From assembly GCA_963784975.1 (NCBI GenBank), contig CAWAUK010000016.1:76374-140373 (forward strand): a DNA stretch of 64,000 nt, written 5' to 3'. This stretch comes from an uncultured Thermoleophilia bacterium (lineage in GTDB: Bacteria > Actinomycetota > Thermoleophilia > UBA2241). The position numbers and the translations under genes were made by a program. This document shows, in pieces, positions 28,051 to 37,782 of the stretch (positions are counted from its first letter, which is position 1; every line of letters begins with the position of its first letter). Under the pieces are notes generated by a model. It was given only the letters and a program-made list of their open reading frames with translations, did not search any database and was not told the DNA's origin.

Positions 28051-28518
28051 TCAGCTGTATCGAGCGACCGCCATGGTCGCCAGCGCGACGAGCAACAGAG
28101 CGAGAGCGACCAGACGCAGCCGCCTCTCCCCTCGCATCGAGGCCGGGCGGATCGACTCGGCTGCTCTCCTGTCGTTGACCCTGAGGCGATGCTCGACGAA
28201 GACGGCGACGGCCAGCGCGGCGAGCGAGGCCAGAGTGCCGATGACCAGGGCGACTCCCCATGTCGTGTGCGAGAGGGGCCCAGGATGCTGGGGGTGGAGC
28301 TGGACCATCATGACGACGCCGCTGACGACCGTCACGACCGCGCTGACCGAGAGGAGCGGCACCAGGGCGCGGCGCAGCGAACGCGCAAAGGCGAGCCGGC
28401 TGCGGGCATCGAGGAGAGCCAGCCGTGGCAGCACGAGCAGTGTGTAGAAAAGGGCACTGCCGAGCCAGAGCGTCGCGAAGAAGATATGGATGAAGGCGAC
28501 GGCGATCTTCATGGACAC
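28051..28518 (-). CDS. integral membrane protein, CopD/DUF2269-like (tentative)
   Basis: 155 aa with four TM segments. N-terminus MKIAVAFIHIFFATLWLGSALF is typical of that kind of protein. Confidence 0.55.
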   Translation of the reverse strand: MSMKIAVAFIHIFFATLWLGSALFYTLLVLPRLALLDARSRLAFARSLRRALVPLLSVSAVVTVVSGVVMMVQLHPQHPGPLSHTTWGVALVIGTLASLAALAVAVFVEHRLRVNDRRAAESIRPASMRGERRLRLVALALLLVALATMAVARYS

Positions 28519-28632
28519 AGTCTAGGGGCACAGGCAGGAGTCGCAACCTGAGGCGCGCGACCCGCGCAGCCCCCGGCAGCAGACATGGGTAGGATGGGAC
28601 GTACCAACGCGCGAAGAAAGGGGGCGGACCTG

Positions 28633-29205
28633 ATGCGCATCCTCGCGTTCGGCGGAAGCCTGCGTGAAGCTTCGTTCAACCGGGCGCTGCTCACCGAAGC
28701 CGCGCTGCTGGCTCCACCCGGCACGGAGCTGGACCTCGGCCTCCTGCCGGTCATCGGCTCCCTTCCCCTGTTCGATCAGGACGTCGCGGGTCGCGACCTT
28801 CCCTCCGGGGCCGTGGAGCTGAAGGACGCGCTTCGGGCGGCTGACGGCCTGCTCATCGCCACGCCCGAGTACAACTGGGGGATCCCGGGGTTCCTCAAGA
28901 ACGCGCTCGACTGGGCCTCCCGCCCGGCGGCCGACGTCCCCGGCGTGTTCGGCGACCTGCCCGTCGCGCTCATGGGCGCCGGCGGACTGTCTGGCACACG
29001 GTTCGCCCAGAGTGCCTGGGTCTCCGTGCTCCGCTATCTGAAGATGCGGCCCTGGTTCGGTGAGTCCCTGTTCATCGACCGCAGCTGGGAGCGGTTCGAC
29101 CAGGGCGGCCGGCTGACGGACGAGCCGACCCGCGAACGGCTGCGGGCGGTGATCAGCGGCTTCGCCGCCCACTGCGCGCAGCTCCCCCGTTCGCGGACGG
29201 CCTGA
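28633..29205 (+). CDS. NADPH-dependent FMN reductase
   Basis: ATG 28633 after AAGGGGG. MRILAFGGSLREASFNRAL...LLIATPEYNWGIPGFLKNALDWASRP. Confidence 0.85.
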   Translation: MRILAFGGSLREASFNRALLTEAALLAPPGTELDLGLLPVIGSLPLFDQDVAGRDLPSGAVELKDALRAADGLLIATPEYNWGIPGFLKNALDWASRPAADVPGVFGDLPVALMGAGGLSGTRFAQSAWVSVLRYLKMRPWFGESLFIDRSWERFDQGGRLTDEPTRERLRAVISGFAAHCAQLPRSRTA

Positions 29206-29641
29206 GGCTGCGTACCGAATCGCGCTCGTTGCCGGCCCGTGCCGGGCGCCTGTGCCTGCCGACCGTCTGCCAGATCTTGACCTGGTCGGCCTCGACCCGT
29301 CAGGTGGTTGGGGGGGTCGCAGCCATGGCTCGGCGATCGTCCACCCTGCCTGGCCCCGCATGGACCCGAGAATGCGGTCTCCGGCCTCATCGACCAGTCA
29401 CGAAACGACAAGTGCCTGCGTCACGAGATGCGCAGTTCAGCAGACTGTAGACGGCCGCGGGAGGCAAGGGGACGACCTCCCGCGGCCGCTCGTCCGGGAA
29501 GACCGTCGTTCGCGTCACAGCGAGGCGGATCCCTGTGGGCGAAGCCTGCTTCCGGGACACTGAGGCTGATCGCGTGCAACCCAGGCTGGACCGGCGCGCA
29601 CGACTCATCAGCCGGCGTGACCAAACCTTGAGCCCACCGAC

Positions 29642-29941
29642 GGGAAGCGTGTCGGCCTCAGCCAGTATGACTCCTTCTGCCAGTCCCGCAGCGCGCCAGA
29701 TCCGGGCGAACTCGAGACTGCCGAGGGTCCCCGGCAACAGGGCGACGACCTGGTCCTCTCTGACGTGGGAAGCCAGAAGCTCGGCGTAGTCCTTGTGCGC
29801 GAACGCCGGAACGGCGACGAGGATGATCTCAGCGCCGTCGACTGCTTCCGCGATGTCACTGGTCACGGCGTCGATGTGCGCAGTGCCTTGCAGGACGTCG
29901 CCGACCGCGGTGATGGTGCGGGTCTCGAAGACCTTCTCCAT
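29642..29941 (-). pseudogene. internal fragment of an NAD/NADP octopine/nopaline (opine) dehydrogenase-family gene
   Basis: ..VTSDIAEAVDGAEIILVAVPAFAHKDYAELLASHVREDQVVALLPGTLGSLEFARI...ILAEADTLP. It lacks the GxGxxG N-terminus and everything after about residue 150. Confidence 0.5.
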
Positions 29942-29978
29942 CTGGCGGCACCGCGCTTCCTGGGTCAGCAGTCGTAGG

Positions 29979-30938
29979 CTATCGCCAGAACTCCGCGATC
30001 GCGGCCACATCCTCGGCAGCCTGGTCGTCCGCCATGGCGAGCGCCTCGGGGACCGACTTCAGTGACATGAGCTCTGACGGGTCGAACGTGCGCGGTCCGT
30101 GTGAGCGGATCTCGGTCCCGGCTTCCGCCAGCTGATGGAGCTCTCGATCGAAGCCGCCGACGGGCACGGTGACGCGACCCGGCCCCGGGGGCGCGGAGGC
30201 GCCGAGCGAGATCACGAGTGCCCGTCTGGCCCCCGCGACGAGATCGCCGTGGATCCCCGAACCGCTCACGCCGCCGTCCACGCATCTGCGGTCGCGGATA
30301 GGCTGCGGCTCGAAGAGCCCCGGCACCGAGGCGCTCGCCGCCGCCGCTCTGGCGACGGAGACGCCCGCAGAGCCTGTGACGACCAGCCGCTCTGCGGTGT
30401 AGGCGTCGACGGTCACGATGTTGAGCGTCGGACCCGGCCACTTGCCGCTTCCCAAGCCCAACACCAAACGCATGCGCGCGCGCAACGCGGAGGCCGATTC
30501 GCCCTTGGCTGCGAGCGCGGCAAAGCCGATGCGGCGTAGGGTCTCAGGGCTCGCCTCGCCGGCCTCCGAGAACAGCTGAAGCGCTCGCCGCTGACTCGGC
30601 CGCAGATTGGCGATCGGATCGCGGACGCCGTTCAGCCTGGCCAGCATGCCCACCTCGCGGGAGAAGGACGCAAGCCGGCCTGCGGCCAGGACGCTCGCGA
30701 CGACCGCGCCGGCCGAAGTGCCGACCACGATGTCGGCATTGGCCACGTCGACGCCGCGCCGGCGCAACCCGTTGAGGTAGCCGGCCTGCCAGGCGATGAA
30801 GAAGATGCCGCCGCCGCCGAGAACGAGCGCCCTGTCGTTGCCGGCGCCATGCCTCGCGCCGTAGTCGACCGGCTTTGCCAACCCGTCCGACGTCTCCTTG
30901 CCGGATTGTCCCGCAGCATCGGTCGCCAGGACGATCAT
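29979..30938 (-). CDS. patatin-like phospholipase
   Basis: ATG 30938. Oxyanion LVLGGGGIFF, nucleophile GTSAGAV and catalytic CVDGGV. Confidence 0.85.
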   Translation of the reverse strand: MIVLATDAAGQSGKETSDGLAKPVDYGARHGAGNDRALVLGGGGIFFIAWQAGYLNGLRRRGVDVANADIVVGTSAGAVVASVLAAGRLASFSREVGMLARLNGVRDPIANLRPSQRRALQLFSEAGEASPETLRRIGFAALAAKGESASALRARMRLVLGLGSGKWPGPTLNIVTVDAYTAERLVVTGSAGVSVARAAAASASVPGLFEPQPIRDRRCVDGGVSGSGIHGDLVAGARRALVISLGASAPPGPGRVTVPVGGFDRELHQLAEAGTEIRSHGPRTFDPSELMSLKSVPEALAMADDQAAEDVAAIAEFWR

Positions 30939-31180
30939 GATGGGCTTCCCCTCAGCTCGTGACGGCTCGACGAGCCGCGCGTGAGAGCAGCCTACCCAGA
31001 GGGCTGACGCCGGGAATCCTCGACCGTTCGGACTTCCCCCTGCCCATCGCCGGCGGAACGGGAGGCAACGCTCCGCAGAAGTGTCTCGCACCGCGTAGCC
31101 GTCCAGGCCCTCGTGACGATCCTCGGCGATACCGAGGTCGTCGACGTGCGCGGCGTTAGCGTCGCACGGGCATCGGGTAC

Positions 31181-32134
31181 GTGGCCGTCACCGACACACG
31201 GAGGTTGAGTTTGGCCCGACTGCAGCGCGAGGGCACCCTGCGACCGGTCGCCCCCTTCGATTTCGATCAGGCGCTCGACTTCATAGGGGCCTTCCCGCCC
31301 ATGCACAGCGAGCAGGTGGTCTCGGAGAAGTCGCTCAAGCGCGCGGCTTGGGCCAGCCAGACGCCGGTCGCCTTCAAGCTCACCGCGACCGGCACTGTGG
31401 AGGAACCGGAGCTCCACTACGAACTCCACAGCGACGATCCCCTGAGTGAGGCCGACGTCGCCGCACTCGTGCGCCGCATCGAGACCTACCTCAGCGTCTA
31501 CGACGACCTGCGCCGCTTCTACGAGCTGGTCGACTCCGATCCGCCCTTCGCGCCCGTCAAACGAGAGCTCTACGGCTACCACCAGGTCAAGTTCCTGACG
31601 CCGTTCGAGAACGCGTGCTGGACGATCCTCTCGCAGCGCAACCGGCTGGTCATCGCGCGGCAGATGAAGCGCAGCATGATCGAGGAGTTCTCGGCAGCCG
31701 TCGAGTTCGAGGGCAGGCAGTACTGGCCGTTCCCGGGTGCCAAAGAGGTCGTGCGGGCGAGTGTCGAGGACCTCACGACCCTGCTGCGCAACAGCCGCCG
31801 CGCCGAGTACATCCACGGCGCGGCGGTCGCCTTCAGCGAGGTCGACGAGGCCTTCCTTCGCGAGGGGTCATATGAGGAGGTGTCCCGCTGGCTCCACACG
31901 ATCCCCGGCGTGGGCGCCTGGTCTGCCACGTTCGTCATGATCCGCAGTCTGGGGCGTATGGAGCGCATCCCCTACGGCGACAACACGCTCATGAACCTCG
32001 CGGGCTACGTCTATGGCGACGGCCAGCCACTATCGGCCGAGGACGTGCAGCGCCTTGCCGACCACTACGGCGACCTGCAGGGCTACTGGGCCCACTACCT
32101 GCGCGTCCTGGGCAGGGTCGTGCTCACGCCGTAG
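31181..32134 (+). CDS. HhH-GPD DNA glycosylase (AlkA/3-methyladenine glycosylase II-like)
   Basis: Helix-hairpin-helix LHTIPGVGAWSATFVMIRSLGRMERIPYGD. Confidence 0.72.
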   Translation: MAVTDTRRLSLARLQREGTLRPVAPFDFDQALDFIGAFPPMHSEQVVSEKSLKRAAWASQTPVAFKLTATGTVEEPELHYELHSDDPLSEADVAALVRRIETYLSVYDDLRRFYELVDSDPPFAPVKRELYGYHQVKFLTPFENACWTILSQRNRLVIARQMKRSMIEEFSAAVEFEGRQYWPFPGAKEVVRASVEDLTTLLRNSRRAEYIHGAAVAFSEVDEAFLREGSYEEVSRWLHTIPGVGAWSATFVMIRSLGRMERIPYGDNTLMNLAGYVYGDGQPLSAEDVQRLADHYGDLQGYWAHYLRVLGRVVLTP

Positions 32135-32297
32135 ATCCTCGGATGGACGGGTCAGCGGCGGGACGCGAGCCTGCCGCTGGTGCCGGGCGGCCATTGCTCT
32201 GAACCGGCCTTCGCGCCGGGGGAAGTGATTGGGCACCGTGAGCGGGTACACCCCGGGTGTGGCACGCACAGCCTCAGCACTCACGCGGGGAGGCCTC

Positions 32298-32675
32298 ATG
32301 GCCGAGAAGACCGTCGCCGAGAAAGCGCGCATCAAGCCAGGCGCGACGATCGCCGTCCTGAACCGGGTACCCGGGGTCGTCGAGTCTCTGGGGCTGTCCG
32401 AGGATGTCACCTTCGTCGAGCCCACGACTGCCCAACTCGTGTTCCTGTTCGTGAGCACGCGAGCCGAGCTCGAAGCGCAGATGCCGCCGGCAGTCGCCGG
32501 GCTCGCGCCCAAGGCCGCGATCTGGGTGTTCTACCGCAAGGGCTCGCAAGCCGCGGGGCTCGACATGAACCGCGACAGCATCTGGGCGATCGCCGACAGG
32601 CTGGAGCTGCGCCCCCTGGGCCTCGTGAGCATCGACGACACATGGTCGGCGTTCCGGCTGCGGCCCGCGGCGTAG
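32298..32675 (+). CDS. DUF3052-like small protein
   Basis: ATG 32298 after GGGGAGG. KARIKPGATIAVLN...LVFLFVSTRAELEA...AIWVFYRKGSQAAGLDMNRD. Confidence 0.65.
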   Translation: MAEKTVAEKARIKPGATIAVLNRVPGVVESLGLSEDVTFVEPTTAQLVFLFVSTRAELEAQMPPAVAGLAPKAAIWVFYRKGSQAAGLDMNRDSIWAIADRLELRPLGLVSIDDTWSAFRLRPAA

Positions 32676-32756
32676 CGCCGCCGCCGAAGGTCGCCGTGGA
32701 GCCGCGGGCTCCCGCTGAGTCCACAAGGGACGCCGTCGCGCCACCCCCGCGGTCGA

Positions 32757-33191
32757 TCAGGGTCTGGCGGCCCGGAAGGTCAGCGATTCGTTGCCGTGCT
32801 GGTCGAACAGAGTCAGACGGCCGCCACTGCGCTTGAACGACCGCGCCTCGCCGAGGAGCGTGAGATAGGCCTGCTCGGCGCGTATGGCCGAGCCGATGCC
32901 GCCCACCCCGCCGACGGTGAGGCCGCCCACGGAGAACGCATCGCCGGGACCCGCCGTGTAGGGGCCGCCGTAGGCGTTGACCCCCGAGTCGCCGGAGACC
33001 TTGCCGTCGGCGAACTTCGCGGTGATCGCGAAGCCGTTGGGGTCGAGCGAGCTCAGCGTCCAGCCGGTGAGGCGCCAGGCCGTGCCGTCGAGCGCGTGCG
33101 CGTCGCTGCCAGAGGTCCGGCACCCGGACACGGCGAGCACCGCGACCGAGAGAGTCAGGGCCACGAACACTGCGGGCAGTCGTAGTCTCAT
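32757..33191 (-). CDS. META-domain (HslJ-like) lipoprotein
   Basis: Lipobox LAVSGC, LDGTAWRLTGW...ITAKFADGKVSGDSGVNAYGGPY. Start at ATG 33191. Confidence 0.8.
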   Translation of the reverse strand: MRLRLPAVFVALTLSVAVLAVSGCRTSGSDAHALDGTAWRLTGWTLSSLDPNGFAITAKFADGKVSGDSGVNAYGGPYTAGPGDAFSVGGLTVGGVGGIGSAIRAEQAYLTLLGEARSFKRSGGRLTLFDQHGNESLTFRAARP

Positions 33192-33380
33192 GCGGCCCCC
33201 TTTCAAGCTCGGCGGAGCTGCCCGAGTGACGCCCGGCGGAGTCAGGCGGTTCGCGCCCTTGAAGAAGGTGAGCTTCACGTGGTCCTTGAAGGCGCCGGCG
33301 CTACGGGCCCGTACTCGAGGATGACTATTCCCGAGTCGAAGACCTCGTGGCGCGTCAGCGTCAGGACCGTTCGGTCTAAG

Positions 33381-33630
33381 CCGTCAGGGAAGAGGCGCGC
33401 GCCCTTGCCCAGCACGTCGTACTGGCGCTCGTGGTGGCCAGCGGCGGCAAGGGCTACTACGCGGTCGGCGTCGCGCCCCCATTCATGGCGGCGGGGGCGC
33501 TCCTCTTCGACCGCTGGCTGGCGCGCGGCCGCAGGCGCCTGCGCGCCGTCAGCGGCGTGAGCGCCGGGATACCAGGCGCCCAGCGCCGTCCAGAAGACCA
33601 GAGACAGGACCTGCCCGACCTCCCGTAGGT
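33381..33630 (+). pseudogene. fragment of a GT39/ArnT-like glycosyltransferase
   Basis: An open stretch after a TAA gives ..VVLALVVASGGKGYYAVGVAPPFMAAGALLFDRWLARG.., characteristic of the late-middle part of 500+ aa GT39 proteins. Nothing else of such a gene is present. Confidence 0.35.
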
Positions 33631-33879
33631 CTCGTGGACCCAGGCGCAGAACGAGCGCTTCTTCGAGGATACGATCCTCCAAGTAGCGGAGCCTCCGTCA
33701 TGCCCGGGGCGTGCCAAGGTCATTGGATCTGCCGGGAAACGTACGGTGAGACCTGACATGCAGGAAACGTGCGGCGGGCGGTCGGCCTGTCGCTTGACGC
33801 TCCCGCCTCGCGGGAATCAAGCAGACGCCGGCCTCCCCTGCCGGCTCGACAGACGGGCAACAGAAAGGTCGTGAGCGCC

Positions 33880-34041
33880 ATGGCGTCGTGCAGCCAGATG
33901 AAGGCCGGAGAGGTGTACGTCTGCGAGGAGTGCGGACTCGAGATCCAGGTACTCAAGTCCTGCGCCGACAGCGAAGAGGGCGCCTGCGCCTGCGCGGAGT
34001 CGCTCACCTGCTGCGGCGGAGCGCTCGTGCTCAAGCGGTAA
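33880..34041 (+). CDS. 53-aa Cys-rich desulforedoxin-like metal-binding mini-protein
   Basis: MASCSQMKAGEVYVCEECGLEIQVLKSCADSEEGACACAESLTCCGGALVLKR. The CxxC...CC frame matches desulforedoxin ([30 protein letters not shown]), with an extra Cys-bearing insert. Confidence 0.55.
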   Translation: MASCSQMKAGEVYVCEECGLEIQVLKSCADSEEGACACAESLTCCGGALVLKR

Positions 34042-34074
34042 GGGCCGGCAATCGCCGGCCGAGAGAGCCTGCCT

Positions 34075-34896
34075 GTGGTCGCCTACATCCACATCACGAT
34101 CGACCCCGTCATCGTCCAGTTCGCCGGCTTCGCCCTGCACTGGTACGGGCTCATCATGGCCGTCGCCGGCATCGTCGGCACCTTCGTCTTCGCGCGGCAG
34201 CTGGAGAGGCGGGGCATCGACCGCGGACACGCCTGGAACATGCTCCTTCTCGCGGTGCCGCTCGCCATCATCGGGGCGCGCCTCGTCCACATCCTCGACG
34301 ACTTCAGCTTCTACTGGCATCACCCCGGCGACATCGTCACCAAACAACTCATCGGCCTCGCCATCTACGGCGTCATCACCGGCGGCGTTCTCGCCGTCAT
34401 CATCTACTGCCGCTGGAAGAAGCTGCCCACTTGGCGGGTGCTCGACGGTCTCGCCCTGGCGATCCCCGTTGGCCAGCTCATCGGACGCTGCGCCAATATC
34501 ATCAACGGCGACACCTGGGGGAACGCCACGGGGCTGCCCTGGGGCCTCGTCTACACGAACCCGCACGCCTTTCTGCCGGCGAGCCTTCTGGGCGTGCCGA
34601 CGCAGCCGACGCCGATCTACGAGCAGCTCTGGCTCGTCGTCGTGATCGTCGTCGTCTGGCGGGTCCAGCCGCGCCTCAAGACCGACGGCACGGCCTTCCT
34701 GCTCTACCTCGGCCTGTACTCGTTCGGGCGCTTCTTCCTCAGCTTCCTGCGCGTCAACAACATCCTCTTCCTCGGGCTGCGCGAGGCGCAGCTCATCGCC
34801 CTCGTCGTCTTCATCGCGGTATTCCCCATGGCCTGGTGGCTGCGGCGGCGGGCGCAGGTGTCGGAGCCGGCCACGCTCGAGCCGCCGCGTCCATAG
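34075..34896 (+). CDS. lgt: prolipoprotein diacylglyceryl transferase
   Basis: FALHWYGLIMAVAG, IIGARLVHIL, QLIGRCANIINGDTWG, PTQPTPIYEQLW. Confidence 0.9.
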   Translation: MVAYIHITIDPVIVQFAGFALHWYGLIMAVAGIVGTFVFARQLERRGIDRGHAWNMLLLAVPLAIIGARLVHILDDFSFYWHHPGDIVTKQLIGLAIYGVITGGVLAVIIYCRWKKLPTWRVLDGLALAIPVGQLIGRCANIINGDTWGNATGLPWGLVYTNPHAFLPASLLGVPTQPTPIYEQLWLVVVIVVVWRVQPRLKTDGTAFLLYLGLYSFGRFFLSFLRVNNILFLGLREAQLIALVVFIAVFPMAWWLRRRAQVSEPATLEPPRP

Positions 34897-34951
34897 AGCC
34901 ATACCCTCTTGATTCGACTCCACGGAAACCGGTATGCTTTCACAACGATAA

Positions 34952-34966
34952 TGAAAATCGTTTTCA
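34952..34966. promoter_or_regulatory. candidate Zur box
   Basis: TGAAAATCGTTTTCA (TGAAAA/TTTTCA arms) in an AT-rich patch 22 nt upstream of the znuA-like ATG. Resembles the actinobacterial Zur consensus TGAAAATGATTTTCA as I remember it. Confidence 0.55.
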
Positions 34967-34987
34967 ATAAGCTGCCGAGGAGAGCAT

Positions 34988-35929
34988 ATGACACGGGTCC
35001 GCGCACTGCATCTCTTGGCTGGAGCCGCGGCGGCGGTCCTCCTCGTCGTGGCCATGGCCGGCTGTGGCTCGGGCTCCGCGGCGGCGCCGAAGGGCAGCCT
35101 GCGCGCGGTCGCCACCATGAGCTTCCTCCGTGACATCGCCCAGAACGTCGCCGGCAAGCAGTTCCAGGTCGGCGAGCTCATCCCCATCGGCGTCGACCCG
35201 CACGAGTGGCAGCCGACGCCCGCCGATCTCGTCACGGTCGCCAAGAGCGACCTCGTCATCGTCAACGGCGGCGGCCTCGAGAGCGCGCTCGTCAAGGACG
35301 TGCAGAACACCGGCGGTAAGGCCGAGGTGGTCACCGCCTCGCGCGGCCTCGCATCCCGCGTCCCAAAGCCCGGAGAGCCGGGCTACGGGCAGTCGACGGA
35401 GGTCGATCCCCACTGGTGGCTCGACCCCATCGACGTCATCACCTACGTGAACAACATCCGCGACGCCTACGCGGCGGCCGACCCGGGCCACGCCGCCGCC
35501 TACCACGCCAACGCCGCCGCCTACGTCGCCAAGCTCAAGGCGCTCGACGCCTGGATCAGGACCCAGATCGCGACCATTCCGCCGGCCAACCGCGTGCTCG
35601 TCATGAACCACCTCAGCCACGGCTACTACGCCGACCGCTACGGGCTTCGCGTGGCTGGGGCCGTGATCCCCAGCGTCAGCAGCGGGGAGACCGTCTCGGC
35701 GAAGCAGATGGCGGAACTCGTGAAGACCATCGAGACTCAGCACGTGAAGGCGATCTTCGTCGAGATCGAGGAGAACCCCGGGTTGGCCGACCAGATCGCC
35801 GCCGAGGCGCACGTGAAGGTGATCACCGACCTGCTCGACCACTCGCTCACGCCGCCTGACGGTCCTGCTCCGGACTACCTGGCGATGATGCGTTACGACA
35901 CGCAGGTCATCGTGAGCGGGCTGCGCTGA
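34988..35929 (+). CDS. metal (Zn/Mn) ABC-transporter substrate-binding lipoprotein, ZnuA/TroA family
   Basis: Lipobox VAMAGCGS. Metal-ligand contexts GVDPHEWQ and EVDPHWWLDP. RBS GAGGAGAG. Confidence 0.88.
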   Translation: MTRVRALHLLAGAAAAVLLVVAMAGCGSGSAAAPKGSLRAVATMSFLRDIAQNVAGKQFQVGELIPIGVDPHEWQPTPADLVTVAKSDLVIVNGGGLESALVKDVQNTGGKAEVVTASRGLASRVPKPGEPGYGQSTEVDPHWWLDPIDVITYVNNIRDAYAAADPGHAAAYHANAAAYVAKLKALDAWIRTQIATIPPANRVLVMNHLSHGYYADRYGLRVAGAVIPSVSSGETVSAKQMAELVKTIETQHVKAIFVEIEENPGLADQIAAEAHVKVITDLLDHSLTPPDGPAPDYLAMMRYDTQVIVSGLR

Positions 35930-36210
35930 CGACGAGGGCTGCCGGCGTCGGCTGGCGATCGCGACGATGCTGTCGAGGACACGTCGAAGGCTGATGTCGT
36001 GCTCGAAGACTCGCGTCGTTCTTTGGGGCGCCGTTGTCTGAGCCGAAGACACGAGCCGGCTGGAATAGTTGACCTCGCACGTTGCTGCGACGTACAAGCA
36101 GGTGGAGAGAGGGGAACGCGCCGGTCGTCGAGGCTGGCGGACACGGGAGGCGCCATGCGTCACCTCCCCTGTAGGTCGAAACCTGACAGCCGAGCACTGG
36201 GGACACCTTC

Positions 36211-37557
36211 GTGTCGCTGACGACGGGCGATATCGCGCACATCCTGCTGGCGCTGGTCGCGCTCTTGATGGCCGCCCACGTCGTCGGCTCGATCTTCAGC
36301 CGCCTGCGCCAGCCGCGGGCGATCGGTGAGGTGGTCGGCGGACTGCTCCTCGGCCCGACGCTGCTGGGGTATTTCGCACCGACCCTGCACGCTTGGCTCT
36401 TTCCGTCCGTGGGAGCCACCCCTGCCGTGGTGGCGGCCACAGCGCAGCTCGGTCTCCTCCTGCTCATGTTCATCACCGGGACGGAGATCCGCAAGGTGTT
36501 CCATTTCCAGGAGCGAAGGACGATCGGCGCCGTCTTCGTGACCGGCATGATGCTGCCGTTCCTCGCCGGGATCGGCCTCCTTCAGCTCTTCGACCAACGG
36601 CAGCTCTGGGGGTCAAACGGCAACTCGATGTCGTTCCTGCTGATCTTCGCGATCGCCATGGCCGTGACGAGCATCCCGGTCATCTCCCGGATCATGCACG
36701 ACCTCGGGATCCTGGACACGGCTTTTGCACGCATCGTGCTGGGCGTCGCAGTCCTCGAAGACATCGTGCTCTACGTGGTGCTCGCGGTCGCGGTCGGCTT
36801 CGCGGGAGGAGCCGCGAGCAGCCTGTTCGGACTGCCGGCCGCGCTCGGGATCACGGGAGGGACCGGTTTCGACTTCGCCTACCACGTCTTCGCGACGGTG
36901 GCGTTCCTCGGCGCCAGCCTGCTCGTCGGGCCGCGCATCTACCGCTGGATGAGCGGGCTGAAGATGAACCTCATCCAGCGGGCGAGCCCGGTGGCATACC
37001 AGCTCACCTTCATGATCGTCGCGACGATCGCAGGCCTGTTCCTGGGCGTGCAGGCGTTCTTCGGGGCGTTCGTGGCCGGCATCGTTGTGGGAGCGACGCA
37101 GACCGAGTCGTCGCGCTCCGAGTATTCCGACGCCGCCCTGGCGATCAAGAGCTTCGCCCTCGCCTTCTTCATCCCGATCTACTTCGCCGTGATCGGGTTC
37201 GGACTCGACCTCCTGCACGGCTTCAACCCGGCGTTCTTCGTCCTTTTCCTCGTCACGGCCTGCGGCGTGAAGTCGGTCAGCGTGTACCTGGGTGCTCGTG
37301 TCGCCGGTGAGACGAACGGCTCCTCGTGGAACCTGGCGGTCGCGATGAACGCGCGAGGCGGGCCCGGCATCGTCGTCGCTTCCACAGCGTTTGCAGCCGG
37401 GATCATCAATCAGCCGTTCTACTCCACCCTCGTGCTGCTCGCCGTCGTCACGTCCCTCATCGCCGGCTCGTGGCTCGAGCGGATCCCGAGAGACAGGCTC
37501 TTGGTGCGGGTCGAGCTGGAGGGTACCGAAGAGCGCGCCCGAGTCGGCGAAGCGTAG
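36211..37557 (+). CDS. cation:proton antiporter (CPA2-type Na+/H+ exchanger family)
   Basis: 448 aa with about 12 TM. N-terminal LLALVALLMAAHVVGSIFSRLRQPRAIGEVVGGLLLGP is typical of the family. Confidence 0.85.
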   Translation: MSLTTGDIAHILLALVALLMAAHVVGSIFSRLRQPRAIGEVVGGLLLGPTLLGYFAPTLHAWLFPSVGATPAVVAATAQLGLLLLMFITGTEIRKVFHFQERRTIGAVFVTGMMLPFLAGIGLLQLFDQRQLWGSNGNSMSFLLIFAIAMAVTSIPVISRIMHDLGILDTAFARIVLGVAVLEDIVLYVVLAVAVGFAGGAASSLFGLPAALGITGGTGFDFAYHVFATVAFLGASLLVGPRIYRWMSGLKMNLIQRASPVAYQLTFMIVATIAGLFLGVQAFFGAFVAGIVVGATQTESSRSEYSDAALAIKSFALAFFIPIYFAVIGFGLDLLHGFNPAFFVLFLVTACGVKSVSVYLGARVAGETNGSSWNLAVAMNARGGPGIVVASTAFAAGIINQPFYSTLVLLAVVTSLIAGSWLERIPRDRLLVRVELEGTEERARVGEA

Positions 37558-37782
37558 GGTCGATCGGTCCGGTCTCGGCCGCGGCCCTGGCAGGGCCGCA
37601 CACGACGGAATGGCGCTTGCGCTCGAGGATGAGTCCCGCTCGCCCATCACCTCGACTTGCCGTTGCCGGGGAGGGTCACAGCCGCCCGGGATCACACTGG
37701 ACCGGCGGGGTCAGTCGACGGCGGCGGGCACGGAGCCGACAGATGCGGGAATAGACTCAGCAGCCGCCGTTGGTCCTTCTGC

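Noticed and set aside
29979-30938. Patatin-like phospholipase as a CBASS-type defence effector
   Set aside because: There is no nucleotidyltransferase/cyclase or other defence gene adjacent. Its neighbours are a dehydrogenase fragment and a DNA glycosylase.
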